64,000 nucleotides of DNA from Selaginella moellendorffii (lineage: Eukaryota > Plantae > Lycopodiophyta), in assembly GCF_000143415.4 (NCBI RefSeq), contig NW_003314290.1:1664454-1728453 (forward strand), read 5' to 3'. The position numbers were made by a program, and so were the translations under genes. The notes beneath the pieces were generated by a model. It was not told the origin of the DNA and made no database searches. It saw only the letters and a program-made list of their open reading frames with translations. Shown here piece by piece: positions 36,856-52,780 of the stretch; the stretch's first letter is position 1; every line of letters begins with the position of its first letter.

Positions 36856-36975
36856 TAAATGAGTCAACCTATAATTTATGGTCCAAATGAGTCTTTAAAT
36901 GAGTCAACCTATAATTTATGGTCCAAATGAGTCTTTAAATGAGTCAACCTATAATTTATGGTCCAAATGAGTCTT
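36856..36975. repeat. Three perfect 40-bp tandem repeats
   Basis: taaatgagtcaacctataatttatggtccaaatgagtctt x3. Confidence 0.95.
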
Positions 36976-38387
36976 TAGGCTTGTATGCAATTAATCAAAT
37001 TTTTTTCTAAGCATAGGATAAAAGAAAAAAGAATAAATAAATTGCACAAAAGAAATCTTATAGTAGCATATAAAGAAAAAATGAGAGAGAGAGTACTTAG
37101 CTAAAGATTTACTTATTGCCTCATATTGGCTGATCTCTTTGTATGAGTAAAATCAATGAGTTGCTTTGACAAACTCAAGAAAAAACATAAAAAATCACAA
37201 TGCCATGTAATATGAAAATCACACAAAAAATCTCAAAAATCTAGATAAAGAGAAAATGTAAGCACCAAAACCTGGGCAATTAAGATGCAAATGAGGAAGA
37301 TCCCTCAATCTAAGGATATTGTTATATTAATTTCTAGGATGCTAAAACTTTAGAGGTAGAAATTTTTTTCATATTACTTCTTAATTGCTTTCTAGAATGT
37401 TTGAGCTTTCTTGCCCTAAAAGTCACTATCAAAACTTTTATGAAGAATATGTAGTAGTCTAACAAAAATTAATTTTTATTCATACACGTGTGCAAAAAAA
37501 CTAAAGAAACTAAAGTGATTTTCACTTACAGATTTAAGAAAGCAATACAAACACTTCACTCACTAATAATCAGTGCTTATTGCTTATCTTCTTTATCCTT
37601 TTAGCATGAACTAAAAACGCTTACCCCATACTCAATTTCAAAGTCAGTATGTAGTTAGAGTCCATTTAAATTAGATATTGTTATCACAAATGTCACTCTA
37701 GCGTATTATATATATAATGGTCTTTCCCCTATTAAAACTTGTACAATTAATTCTTCTCAACTTATGCACTAACAATAATATAGATCACCATACTTTATCA
37801 AGCAATAAAACTTATAAATAACATGTTTCCCTTATTTCTTTAAATTAATATGTATAAACTTATTCTCTCCATTTACATTTTCATATACATCACATTCATA
37901 GTATCAAAATACTCCAAGCTAATTCAACAACATAATCACACTATTTTGTTTTTGTCCAAATCCAAAGATGTTTAGGAAACCACACCCCCTCAAGGCATCT
38001 AATAAAAAAAACTCCTTAAAGTGTTTTTAAAGTTGTTATGGTTAATGTTTTTGACCATAAATATGTTTGAATCACATTTTTTCTTCTTAATTTGAAAATG
38101 AATAAAACTTAATCTTTCTAAACACTTGATCTTTCTCACCTCCACTGAACTAGCATATGCCATAAGTTTAACCATAAAGAATTAAGGATCCCCAAATATC
38201 TTTTAAGATGTCATTAAATGATTAAAAAGTTTCAATCGTAGTGTTATTTCTCCACTTTCCAAAATGAGCCCAAAATCAAAGACATTTAAGTCACATTATT
38301 ATAGAAACCCATTTTGTCAAAAACTCCTTTTATATCCTTTATACTCCTACATTTAGAAGTAACCAAATTTATCAGTTTTAAAGTGGC

Positions 38388-39162
38388 AACAAGTGTTGCT
38401 CCTCATTTACTCCCTTCTCTTCCCTCTTGAGCACTTTCATGATATTAATTATCTCCTTATTATCAATTTTGAGATCTTTCAAATCCTCCACTTGGATCAC
38501 TATTGCAACTTCATGGCTCTATTGACCACTTTGTTTTTTGTTAACAACCCACACTTAATTATTATTGACTGACAAACCTTTTTTAGTCTCATTTTGAACT
38601 AAAGTGCATTTGAGCTTCTTGTTTTGATGAGCCATGTCAAGTTCTTAAATGTTGCTTGATTATACCCATTTTATATAGGTGGGTCTTGTTTTTCCACTAT
38701 AGGTGAAATTTTTCTCAAAGATGCTTTATTGGCTAATCTTGTTATTGTTGAAGTAGTTAAACTTGCCCCACCCACTATAATTGCATTTTATACAAGTTGG
38801 ATGCTACTCTTTTAGGTATATTTTCAAATCTTTAAATTGTCCACACTTTGGAGGATGAAGACTCAAACAATGGTTCTCAAGCTCTTTATACACCTTGCTA
38901 CTCTTCTTTGGCATCACTACTTTTTTAGTGAAAGGATAAATGAAAATCTAAAATATTTCACTATTTTAGAAGTTAAAGGGGGTTGAGTGGGTTTAAAGTT
39001 AGCTTTGGGTAAAGGGAGTTTGGGTAAATTATTAAATATATTTAATGTTATAAAGGTTTTATTGTGGAGTTGTGAGAATATTATCACATTACATGTTAGA
39101 AAGAAATATTCCAAATTTTGAATGCTTCATTAGAAATAAACTTGAAAAGAACCTTAAAATAA
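38388..39162. repeat. ~0.8-kb direct repeat, copy 1 (partner 42346-43147)
   Basis: Collinear from aacaagtgtt(g/a)ctcctc to aaacttgaaaag(a/g)acct(t/c)aaaataa, with many transitions. Confidence 0.85.
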
Positions 39163-42100
39163 TCTAATTGTATGGTAGAGATAATGGGTAGATTAGGCAT
39201 AGCCGATCAACCTGAGGCATAGTTTAGCTCCTTGCTTGTGTATTTGTCCTTGTCTTATATCTAGCTTGGGTCTAAACCCAAGTTCCATACTATAGTAGTT
39301 AGTGGAATATCTATATCCTCATATTAGATTATCAGTATGTTGAAATAACATTAGACTTTATTTAGCTCTGTTTTGCGTGTTAGTTCTATTATAAAGATGC
39401 TAGATGCTCTAAAATAGCTCAAATATCGCTTTATACTCTTGTCTTTTTTACTCATCAAACTGTATGCTCAAAAGTCATTCTGTACTCCTCTCATTTCACT
39501 CCTTGGGCTATATGCTTAGGAGTTGTTCCATGCTTTAGTTTCTTAAACTCCTTAGGTATATGCTTGAGTGTTTAATTCTATCTCTTCGTTTAGTGGCCTA
39601 AGGCCCTAAACTCAAGTTCTGCTCCACTGTCCTTGGCCCACGTGTCCAAGGGTAAAGATTTCACTTCGTGGTTATCCTATAGTAAAACATTATAAGATAA
39701 GAGGTGAAAACCATATGCACTATATATTTGTATTAGGCATAATGTGTTTTAGTAGGGCAGAAGGATTGGCAAATAAATGAAACAAGAACAAAAAAGGACT
39801 AATAAATTCTTATTTGTTTTAAATCTTTAGTATGAAAGTACTTATTGGAAAGTATATAGTAGTCATGATTACTTTACAAATCAAACTCATTCATCAAGGC
39901 ATCTAAAATGAGCTTGAGAACAAAATGTATTTTAATCTCAACATGCATATTTTTGTTTTCCAACCTCCACAACTCATTCTGGACTAATGGCATCTATACC
40001 ACTCAAACTTTGCACTTGGTCCAAGAGCTTCACGTGTCCGATTCCATGACTAACACCCAAAGGTACCACTGACATATCAATGTTACACTAAGGCCATGCC
40101 CATTCACCTTTGTCACACTAGTGATCCAACACCACCTACATCACAGTCCCATCTCTTAAAAATTAGGCCATCCGTCCATGAGTGATTATCCTAAATCCAC
40201 TCCTTAGCATCCTTAGGATGCCGGCAGACATGGGAAACAACTTTCCTCAATATCCCTTTTTCGGTCCTCACTAAGTTTCTTTCTGTCCCCACCAAGTTTC
40301 TTTTTGTCCATGGCCGTGTTCACCAACATTGCCAGTGGGTCAATGCCCACAGGCTCAACCACTAAGTCCCATTATCCTCTAGGATTTCCTTACCATATAA
40401 TTATATCCTTGGTCACTACACCAGAGGATTGCTCCTCTTCCTTTTCATCGTCTAGGATTTTGGGACGACATTTCGGAACATTGTGGCTTTATGCGAGCCT
40501 TGTGGGTACTCTTCCCACCTTTTGCCTTTGGGTACTCTATCCATTAGGCTAGAGCAGGTTTCTGCTGAGCTATGCCAAGTATCTAAGTAGGTAATGCCAC
40601 CCATACTTGGATTGAGAGCATCGACCATTCGATCTCCTAGAAGAGCTAGAGGCAGCTCTTGAACACTTTACCAAGCTACCCTACTTATTTATTCGTATTC
40701 ACTCTAGCCTTGGATATATCATCAACCAACACATGGGTATGGCCTTCCTTGGTCACATTGGCCTTTTCTGGCCAAATTAGTTTTACTAGAGTTCAACCCC
40801 CACACTCTCTCTATTATACTTTTGGAACCCTTTGCATCCCCCTCCCCCCCCCCTTCTTGCCCTGGGGGATGATTGCTTTGGGCTTTCACCCAAGTCCATC
40901 TCAGGTTCATCTTAGACTCCATCTCAAACTCTATCTTGGGTCCATCTTGACAATTCCACGTGTCATATATTGGTCCTCTTGTGTCCTTTTTCTAAAAACT
41001 CACTTATTACTCGCTTTGTGCTCATTCCTTGAGCACTTTGTTGAGAGTTCCACTCATGCTCTCGACCTTTCAAGTTGGAGCTTTTACTCTCAACATGTTA
41101 CACTTGTTTGGCTTCTACTGCAGCCACTACCACGTGGCACCAATTCGGCTCCACTTTTAGGGCTTTGGGATTTGTGTCTTACAGGTACTTGGGTTAAATG
41201 TCCTTGGGTTTGAGTAATATTGGGTTGTGTGACTTTTCAAGAAGTTCAAATTCAAAACTTTACATTTAGTATCAAAAGTGGTTTCAAATCCAACTTTGTT
41301 GGTTGGGTACGGGAATCATAACATGCTGAAATTGATATTTGGTAAGTTTAATTTGCCTTTAATTGCCTTTAGGTGTCAAAGGAACAAGGCTACATAAGCA
41401 TTTTCATTTCCTTTTATCTTTTAGTAAACCCTCTTATTCTACAATTGAATGTCAAAATAAATCAACTAAAATTGCCTCCTAGTATTTGTAGAGTTCTTTT
41501 GAGAATCATTTATTTCAGTTATTACACATCAATGCAAAATAAACTTACTAGGAATCCTTGCAAATATATAAAAAAAAAACCTTAAAGTTAGAGATATGAG
41601 GCTTAAAAGATCTACAACAATATTGTTTGTGGATACCATTGAAAGTAATTATTTGTTAAGTAGCATCTTGGCTGCCAATTGCAAATACTACAAAGTATTT
41701 CATGAGTTTTTATTGTTTATTGTTTTTGTTTTTAAGATCAAAGCCATATCTCCTAATAACCAAATTTTGCTGAGGGAGAAAAAAAACTCTAAGGTAGTGT
41801 ATTAATTTTAGGAAATTCTAAAGATGGGAAAAGGAAGAATGAAAATAAAAGATTTATACTTTTCTTTATATAGTAGATTGTCAATTTTTCAATTTCTTTT
41901 ATATTATTTAATAGAACTCAAGCAAGTCCTTTTAGATCTCCTCTTAGCCCTTTTATTTTATCTAACTTGCTTGTTATTTTCTTATAGAAACATGAAATTG
42001 TTTTAAAATTCAATTACTTTTTATCTAACAAAAGTAAAAGTATTGTGATGATTAATTTTGATTCAATTAACAAATAAAGCTAATGTGGTGATGTGAAGTT

Positions 42101-42345
42101 GAAAATAACACTATCAAATTTTTCAAATTCACTCCTCCACAACATCATTACTTTCTTTTCTTGCTTCTCTTTTTCAACTTAAAAACCTTACTCAAGTTAA
42201 AAAAAAATTTAATATCTCTCTTCATTGCTTTTGGATGTTCCTTCTATGAATTCAACAAAAGATCTATCATCTCTTCATTGCCTATATTTTAAAGAATTTA
42301 ACTTATTTCCTCGTTACTTGTTTAAATTTTTATCAATCCCTCCTT

Positions 42346-43147
42346 AACAAGTGTTACTCCTCCTCATTCATTCCCTTCTTTTCCCTCTTGAGCACTTTTA
42401 TGATATTGACTATTTCCTCATTATTAATTTTGAAATCTTTCAAGTCTTCAATTTGGATTACTATTGCAACTTCATGGCTTTTTATTTTTAGTTAATAACC
42501 CTCATTTAACTGTTGTTGACAAACAAACCTTTTCTAGTCTCATCTTGAACTAGAGTATATTTAAGCTTCTTGTTTTGATAAGCCATGTCATTTTTTTTAA
42601 TTGTTGCTTGATCATACCTACTTTATATAAGTGGGTCTTGTTTTTCCACTATAAATGAAATTTTTCTTACATTAACTGCAAAGGTACTTTATTGGCCAAT
42701 TTTATTATTATTGAAGTAGTTAAATTTGCCCCACTCACCATGATTGCACTTTATACAAATTAAGTGCTACTCTTTTAGATATGTTTTCAAGTTTTTAAGT
42801 TGTCCACACTTTTAAATTGAAAGTTACTCTATTAGGAGGATGAGGACTTAAAAAATGGTCCTGGAACTCCTTATACACTTTACTACTTTTCTTTGGCATT
42901 ACTACTTCTTTAGTGAAAGGATAAATGGAAACCTAAAATATTTCACTATTTTAGAAGTTAAAAGAGGTTGAGTGGGTTTAAAATTAATTTTGGGTAAAGG
43001 GAGTTTGGGTAAATTATCAAATATATTTAATGTCATAAAGGTTTTATTGTGGGGTTATGAGAACATTGTCACATTGCATGTTAGAAAGAAACATTCCAAA
43101 TTCTGAATGCTCCATTAAAAACAAACTTGAAAAGGACCTCAAAATAA
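42346..43147. repeat. ~0.8-kb direct repeat, copy 2
   Basis: Collinear match to 38388-39162 with small indels. Confidence 0.85.
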
Positions 43148-43789
43148 AGCTAAATTTTAAGGAGTGAGTTATAAGAGAACTGTATCATAAAATGAGCAAA
43201 AGCACACCTTCCAGTCTTGGAAGCCAGAGAGAGGGGGAGCATTAGAGTGCAAGTGAGCAATCATTTAGAATGTAACAATCAGGCCTATGAAAATGGCAGA
43301 ACTTTGAGCCTCAGGAACATTTTGTAGTTCAAAATGTTCTCAGTAGGAGAGTTGAATTGGTCTAAGAGGGTTGTAAGATGAGATTGATGATTAGCTCTAC
43401 ATCAATGAGTCTGCTGAGACAATTGACAGGATGATCTTGAGACTCCATTCACGCTTTGTGCATCTGTTCTTCTCCTTCCCTAAGAGTTAAAAGTCAATAC
43501 CTGTTGGGAGGCTGACCTTGCCACTGCCAATGGAGAAATAGAAAAATGGAGGTAGGGGAGAGCCAATTCTACCAAAAAACTCAGCTTCAGGTCTATCAAC
43601 TTACCATGGTGTTTGCGTACTGTTCTTATATGTATGTTGTTGTTAGATCCTCGGCTGGTCTTGGATCATATAAAATCTCTCCAAGCATCTGAAGCTTGCT
43701 TGAAAGACTAGGTTTGCAAGTTTGGCGTTGCGAGTTGTGTATTTTCCTTATTCTTTTTGTTTCTGATTGAGTCTTCTTTGTCATTTCAC

Positions 43790-44575
43790 AGCTCGCTATG
43801 CTGATCCATTTGTCAAACAAGGAGCAAGAATTTGCAGAATTGAAGGCAAGTCTCTCTTCAATGTTTCTTTGTTTTTTTCGTTATAAACACAATAGCACTT
43901 TAGACTCTTGTTCACGATTTGAAACTTTCGTTAAGGCCTCCAACACTTCAGGTACTTGTGTATTTTCCAGGTTAACTAGTGACGACATGAGACTGTGACC
44001 TAACAAAATTGTAAGATCGTCTTTTGCTGAATCATGTAGTTACACATATGAAGGTTAGTCTTTTCCAGGTCTGAGGTTGTGACTTCCAAAGTCTAGGAGC
44101 TGGAATTGCGGAAAAGAAGGCCAAAGACCTGACTGACGATACTCCGCACAGTAAAAACGGCAAAATGCTCATGACAAAGTGTCATACGCTGCAAGAGGGG
44201 GAGGGAGGCTTGGGAGGGGAAGGTTCATTTCTTTCCAGTATCTTCGACTTGTTTCAAGCAAAACGTTACAGATACATGATCTGGAAACAAGGCTGGCTGT
44301 TCAAAAGTCTTGAGCTCTAAATTGAAACGCAGCTATCAAGGTTTGTAATCTTACAACGAATCTCCTGAACGTTCTAAAGGTTTAAAATGTTGTGCCAGAG
44401 TTGTTTCGGTATGTCCATGATCTCAATGAAGAGGCTGAGAGCTGTAGCAAATGGTACAAGCTGGGAGGTTTATTTTGACATGTTTGTCTTGGACACAGGT
44501 GCGTATACTGCAGAATCAAGTGGAGCAAAAGGACCGGCAAACGGATGACACAAGAACAAAAAGGGACTCTAGTAA
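43790..44575 (+). pseudogene. FIP37/WTAP (m6A writer complex subunit) pseudogene
   Basis: KEQEFAELK; TPHSKNGKMLMTKCHTLQE (FIP37 signature TPQSKNGKMLMAKCRTLQEENE); IHDLETRLAVQKS* followed by stops and frameshift; VRILQNQVEQKD. Confidence 0.75.
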
Positions 44576-45289
44576 GTTCTCGTTTGTCTATAATCCTTGT
44601 ATCAAAGCGCTTGTGGTGTTTTTCAATGATGCAATGGTCCCATCACGCTCTAAAGCTATATACTTGATAGAAACTTACCTGCCGAGAAGATTGAGTATAA
44701 TAGTAGTCGCGTGATCACTTCCCGCGGCCACTGCCGATCCATAAATCTACACGCAAGATACAAGCTTTTCCTTCACATTTGCAAGTTTCTAAGCCAAAGG
44801 AAAGAAAGAAAATGCAGTACCTCCTTCGAGGGAAAAAGATGGTCATCGTCCTAGAGCTCACCAAAACGTTCAAGCCTCAGCCGAGAAATAGACGCCATAG
44901 CCAAGCGTGGAAAATCCTAAAATGGATTTATTTCTTCTCGAACACGCTTGACCTTTGCCTACCATCACCTTTTCAGCAATGGAAGTGAAGAACACAGCTG
45001 CTTGTACTTGACAATGTTCTCGTAGAAATCCTTGAGTTTCTTTTGCTTCCGTCACCCAAGACGGAGATGGTAATCACATGATTTAGATGCAATGGAACTG
45101 ATCCGCTTTCAATAGAAACAGAATCACAAGCTAAAAACTGGAGCTAGAAGCTATGAAAAGCCCTAATTGTTTTGTTTATCTTGAGTTTCCAACTCCAGGC
45201 AAACTTGCATTCAAACCGAGCCAGTGCTTTGACCTTCCATGAAAACCTGGACATGCTCGAATGTTCCTGACTTTTTTCAAGACGCTGGC

Positions 45290-45610
45290 TCAGGAGAGCT
45301 TGTGGCGGTCAAGAGGATTGGTGCTGGATCGCAGCAGGGGGACAAGGTGATGTCCATCAGCAGCATCCATCACCTCAATCTCGTCAAGCTGTCGGGATTT
45401 TGCCTCCATTCATCACTCAGCTTGTTCGTCTACGAGTTCCTCCCCAAGGGCTGGATAGCTTGGATTAGATAGTTTCTCCGTGTGTGATGGTGAAAATGCT
45501 CGAGGGTGCCATGGATCTTGTTGTATTTCCTGGAGAGACCACCTTTTTCTCACTGGTAGTGAGTAGCAGTCTGAAGTGTTCCATCCCGGTCTCGGATTTG
45601 GCACGCTAGA
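45290..45610 (+). pseudogene. Internally deleted receptor-kinase relic related to the 61117-62884 kinase
   Basis: ELVAVKRIGAGSQQGDKVMSISSIHHLNLVKL..VYEF jumps to VKMLEGAMD and a ...gatttggcacgctag end matching 62740-62884. Confidence 0.8.
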
Positions 45611-45729
45611 GGATTTGCAAAGTCAAGAATAAAAGTCAATGTATTCAAAGACTCTCTTATCGTCCGAAAACTTTAATGTTTTTAAGGGGGTTAAAGGTAG
45701 TTGCCCTAATAAATTTTAGGGTTGTTACA

Positions 45730-48552
<2,823 letters not shown>

Positions 48553-48821
48553 ACTAGAACTTTCCTGGGAGCCGTTAGATCAACGGCCAGATGTGATGGA
48601 CGGCCACGATTCGCGATGCTGTTAAAATACGAAAGGGCTGGACTTTTTCTCCGCCATAGCCTACCAGTGATTAGGGCTAGATCTAGCGCCGGGATGGGGA
48701 GCCGCGACCGATTCTCCGCGGCGCGCGTCTGATCTGGGAGCTCCGGCGCCACTCCGAGGGATTCCAGGGGCCAGCGGCCTGAGGGATTAGCGCGGCGGCG
48801 TGGGGGCGGAAATCCATCGCA

Positions 48822-49865
48822 ATGGCGGGCAGCGACGCCAATCTGGTAAGAAAGGTCGTGCTGAGCTACATCTACGTCGCGATCTGGATCTTCCTGAGCT
48901 TCACGGTCATCATCTACAACAAGTACATCCTCGACAAGAAGATGTACAATTGGCCCTTCCCGATCAGCCTCACCATGATCCATATGGCCTTTTGCTCGAC
49001 GCTGGCCTTCCTCCTGGTGCGCGTGGCCAAGGTCGTGGAGCCGCTGGGCATGACGCGCGAGATTTACATGTCGTCGATCGTCCCCATCGGCGCGCTCTAC
49101 TCCTTGAGCCTCTGGTTTTCCAACTCGGCCTACATCTATCTCTCCGTCTCCTTCATCCAGATGCTCAAGGCGCTCATGCCGGTGGCGGTCTACTCCATCG
49201 GCGTGCTGCTCAAGAAGGAGATCTACAAGCCCGAGACGATGGGAAACATGGTGCTCATCTCCATCGGCGTGGGCATCGCGGCCTACGGCGAGGCCAAGTT
49301 CAACACCTTTGGAGTGATCCTCCAGCTCGCGGCCGTGGCGTTTGAGGCGACGAGGCTGGTGATGATCCAGATCCTCCTCAGCTCCAAGGGGATCACGCTC
49401 AACTCCATCACCGCGCTCTACTACGTGGCTCCCTGCTGCTTCGTCTTCCTGTGCGTGCCGTGGGTGTTCGTGGAGCTGCCGGTTCTGCGCGAGAGCTCCA
49501 GCTTCAGCTTCGATCTGCCAACCTTTGGGCTCAACTCGGGCTGCGCGTTTGCGCTCAACTTGGCGGTGTTCTTGCTCATCGGGAAGACGTCCGCGCTGAC
49601 GATGAACGTTGCGGGGGTGGTGAAGGATTGGCTGCTCATCGCCTTCTCCTGGTCGGTGATCATGGACAGGGTGACGACGCTCAATCTGGTGGGATATGGG
49701 CTGGCGTTCCTGGGGGTGTGCTACTACAACCACGCCAAGCTCCAGACGATGAAGGCCAAGGAGGGATTGAAGAAGTCGCAGCAGGAGGAGCGGGACGACG
49801 AGGAGCAGGGCATGGTTTTGGTGGAGCACGCTAACACCAAGGATGATGATGGGGGAAATTCGTGA
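48822..49865 (+). CDS. TPT-family nucleotide-sugar transporter, UAfT (At5g25400/At4g32390)-like; intronless
   Basis: [42 protein letters not shown]...[25 protein letters not shown]...[18 protein letters not shown]. Confidence 0.93.
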   Translation: MAGSDANLVRKVVLSYIYVAIWIFLSFTVIIYNKYILDKKMYNWPFPISLTMIHMAFCSTLAFLLVRVAKVVEPLGMTREIYMSSIVPIGALYSLSLWFSNSAYIYLSVSFIQMLKALMPVAVYSIGVLLKKEIYKPETMGNMVLISIGVGIAAYGEAKFNTFGVILQLAAVAFEATRLVMIQILLSSKGITLNSITALYYVAPCCFVFLCVPWVFVELPVLRESSSFSFDLPTFGLNSGCAFALNLAVFLLIGKTSALTMNVAGVVKDWLLIAFSWSVIMDRVTTLNLVGYGLAFLGVCYYNHAKLQTMKAKEGLKKSQQEERDDEEQGMVLVEHANTKDDDGGNS

Positions 49866-49914
49866 AAGCTCTTGGGGCTTGCTTGCGCTGGCTATGGCGA
49901 CGCGGAGAAGAGGC

Positions 49915-49944
49915 AGAAGAAGAAGAAGAAGAAGAAGAAGAAGA
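49915..49944. repeat. (AGA)10 microsatellite in 3' UTR region
   Basis: Direct read. Confidence 0.9.
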
Positions 49945-51829
49945 GAAAGAGAAGGGAGAGAGATCATCTTAGATGATGGTAGGACTATTTAATTTCCATT
50001 CAAAAGAAATCAGTGTGAAGAACAAACTCATCTCTTTCTTTATTGATTGTGATTGATAATAACGAGAATAGCTTCGTTTTCCAACAAACCCATAGCGGTA
50101 CAAACGTTAAGAGTTTGTTGAAAATCTTCTAAAGAACAAAGTCGAAGAACAGCATTAATAACTGTTGGAGCATATTCGCCCAAATTATTTCACATCTACA
50201 ACCCAACCAAGCGTTGGAATCGAGAGCGATTTGCATCTTGGGATTGCAAAACCTGTGACACTTGGGTTCTAGGTCGATCCCAATGCCGGGTTGTAGGCCC
50301 CGGGTTGAAAGAAAGGGTTTCAAAGAAGAGCTCTCTCCAAGGAGCCTGAGAGGAGCTCAAGCTCAATCTTGGGAGAGCTCCCCCAAGCTTGAAAGCCCTT
50401 CTCTCCTATTTGGAAAAAAGAGGGAAAAATCCAGAGATTTCTTACTCCATTGCCAACTTTTCAATGGCGAAAGAGAGGAAGTAGATTTCTCAGGCCTAGT
50501 GGAGCGGATCAGATGGAGTCATCATTGGAGCTCCTCTAACCATAGCTTCTCCAGCTCCTCACTGGCTAATCTCGCATCAGTCTGGCAAGGGTCATGGAAA
50601 GTTACCTGATCAGACTGTTGATGACCCTTATATCTTGATCATATGATTTTATATATTGTCCAGCTCACTCAAGCTGAGATCGCTTTCCGGGTCTAAATCC
50701 ACTAGCCAGGGATTATGGTTTCGAGGACAGGGAGAGCACAAATAAAAGGGAAATGCGTAAATAGACTCACAAACGTCCACTCCAATTGCGACCAGAATCC
50801 TTCTCCATCTTCTAGATTGAATCCCAACATACCATAAGACACTGATGCTTGATTCATTCAAAGTAAGCAAATAAAGCAAGTCCCAGCAAACATTCAAGGC
50901 CAAAACTCCAAAAAAGAAGCTCAAGATATATTATGGCATTCTTGAGCGAAATACTGGTGTCTTTCCAGCTGAAAAGTCTAAACTCGTCAGTCTTGCTTTC
51001 ATGGATTTTGACAGAACAGTAACAACTAGGTTACCATGTCATAGATGAAAGATATGAAAAGGTAATTATTCATAAGAACATAACATAAATACATACATAC
51101 ATCTTGACAAGCAAAGTGGCTCAGGTAAGCATGTAAAGCAAGTAATATCTACTATAGTTACAAATCAAAGAGTACCTTGACATGACTGAGTGTCTCAAAG
51201 CAAGAGAAGGTCATTGTGCAGCTTCTAGAGGTGGTACAGTGCAAAACCAAGACTTTTATTTTATAACTGAAAGTCAAACTTACCAGCACAATAATACTAG
51301 CCACCTAACTCATAATTAAGATTGTGGATACAAAACCATGTGTGATGTAAACATCTGAAATATTATGACACAAGGAAAACTAAAAATGACAATCTTATAG
51401 AGGTGATAGCTGTGTGTGTGGCAGCAAACTCCCTTGAGATGACATAAGTTCCCATGTCACAGTGTGATGCAAAACTGGGAACTCCTTTGTTCAAGAGGAA
51501 TTCTGCTCAAGTTGATCATTAGGTGGTCAAGTGTCAACAACTTTGTGAGGTTCTATGAGTGTTGGAAATCATGGTTTCCAACTCCTTCAATCATGACTAC
51601 ACTTTGGGCCATTTGAGCGAAAGGACAGAGTTGAACTCTTAACTAAGAAACATAAAAATAAAAGCATAGAATAACTTTTAAATATACAACCAAGAAGCAA
51701 AAGAATAGGAGTTTAGGGCAATTTTCAAACATACAATTAAGGAGAAAAAAAAGGAGCATAGAACTAAAACCAACAAGCCTAACACTATTTTAGGCTTAAC
51801 AGATATTGAAGAAGAAGAATAAAGTAAAG

Positions 51830-52780
51830 ACGTTGCCATTGAAGTCATTAAATATCAAGGCAAAAGGTACCCTAAAAGTGCCCAAGTTAAGATGCCTACT
51901 TGGCTCCTATGGAGTGTGGAGCACATCTCTCTTTCCTGTGCTTTGTTGAGGACTTGAGACAGTTGTTTAATTTAAGAAACTTTGTGGTTGGGGTGTCTTG
52001 GCATAAAAAGTCAACTACATGAATCCTTGATTAACTGTCGCTTGGTGCACTACCATTGAAAAGGTAACCAAACACTTCTTACTTCCATTTCTCTTCTAGA
52101 ACTGAGGCTTGGATCGCAGGTTTTCACTTTGCTGGCCAAATTCGCGTTGGGAATGAACATAGAGCCCAACTTCAGATATTGTGAGGCGGACAATGACCGT
52201 TGATTCTTTGAAATATATACCGTCTCCGGGTATGCCTCCTTATTCCCGCTGGCTAGAAGCAGAGAGAAGATCATGGATCATCGAGACCGAGATAGGAGGC
52301 TCACAAGTGTTGACGGTATATAGGCAGTTTTTCTTTCACTGTGAGAGCTGGAGCTTCCAGGTAGTTGCAAGCTGAGCTCCAAACCTGCAGCTTGCGACAA
52401 CATTGAAGTGATCAATTGATCAAGAATTCCTTGCTGCCTCAGGCTGGATGGACCACAGTCCGATTTTCACGTACCTCTCACTCCAAGCCACTGCTAGCGC
52501 TGCGAGTTCGTCGTACGAGGAAGATGGAGGATGAAACCGACAGTGCGCTTCGAGCTGACGGTCTTGTCCGTGACTCTTGTGTGGAGCCACTTGGCCACGT
52601 ATCCTGGAGTTCTCGTCCTGGAGCGGCTTGATGTCCAGATTTGCTGATCCGCCTTCGCTAGATTGTGATGACGATCCAGGATTTCCTTCGTCTACCACCC
52701 ACGATCCCCTATCAGGTGGCTTTCTGCTTCATCTGTAGCCCAGCGACTGGTTTCTATAGCAAGAGGGAGGGACGAGGACC
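51830..52780. pseudogene. Compressed relic copy of the TOP1 / kinase / kiwellin block
   Basis: Collinear patches matching ~57610-57680, ~58575-58620, ~58697-58835, ~59055-59130, ~59325-59360, ~59595-59610 and ~61626-61642. Confidence 0.8.

Larger units (their letters stand above)
35200..43600. mobile_element. AT-rich island of nested, heavily decayed transposon sequence (family not resolved)
   Basis: Sharp drop in GC and CpG, no intact genes, internal direct and tandem repeats. Boundaries approximate. Confidence 0.55.
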
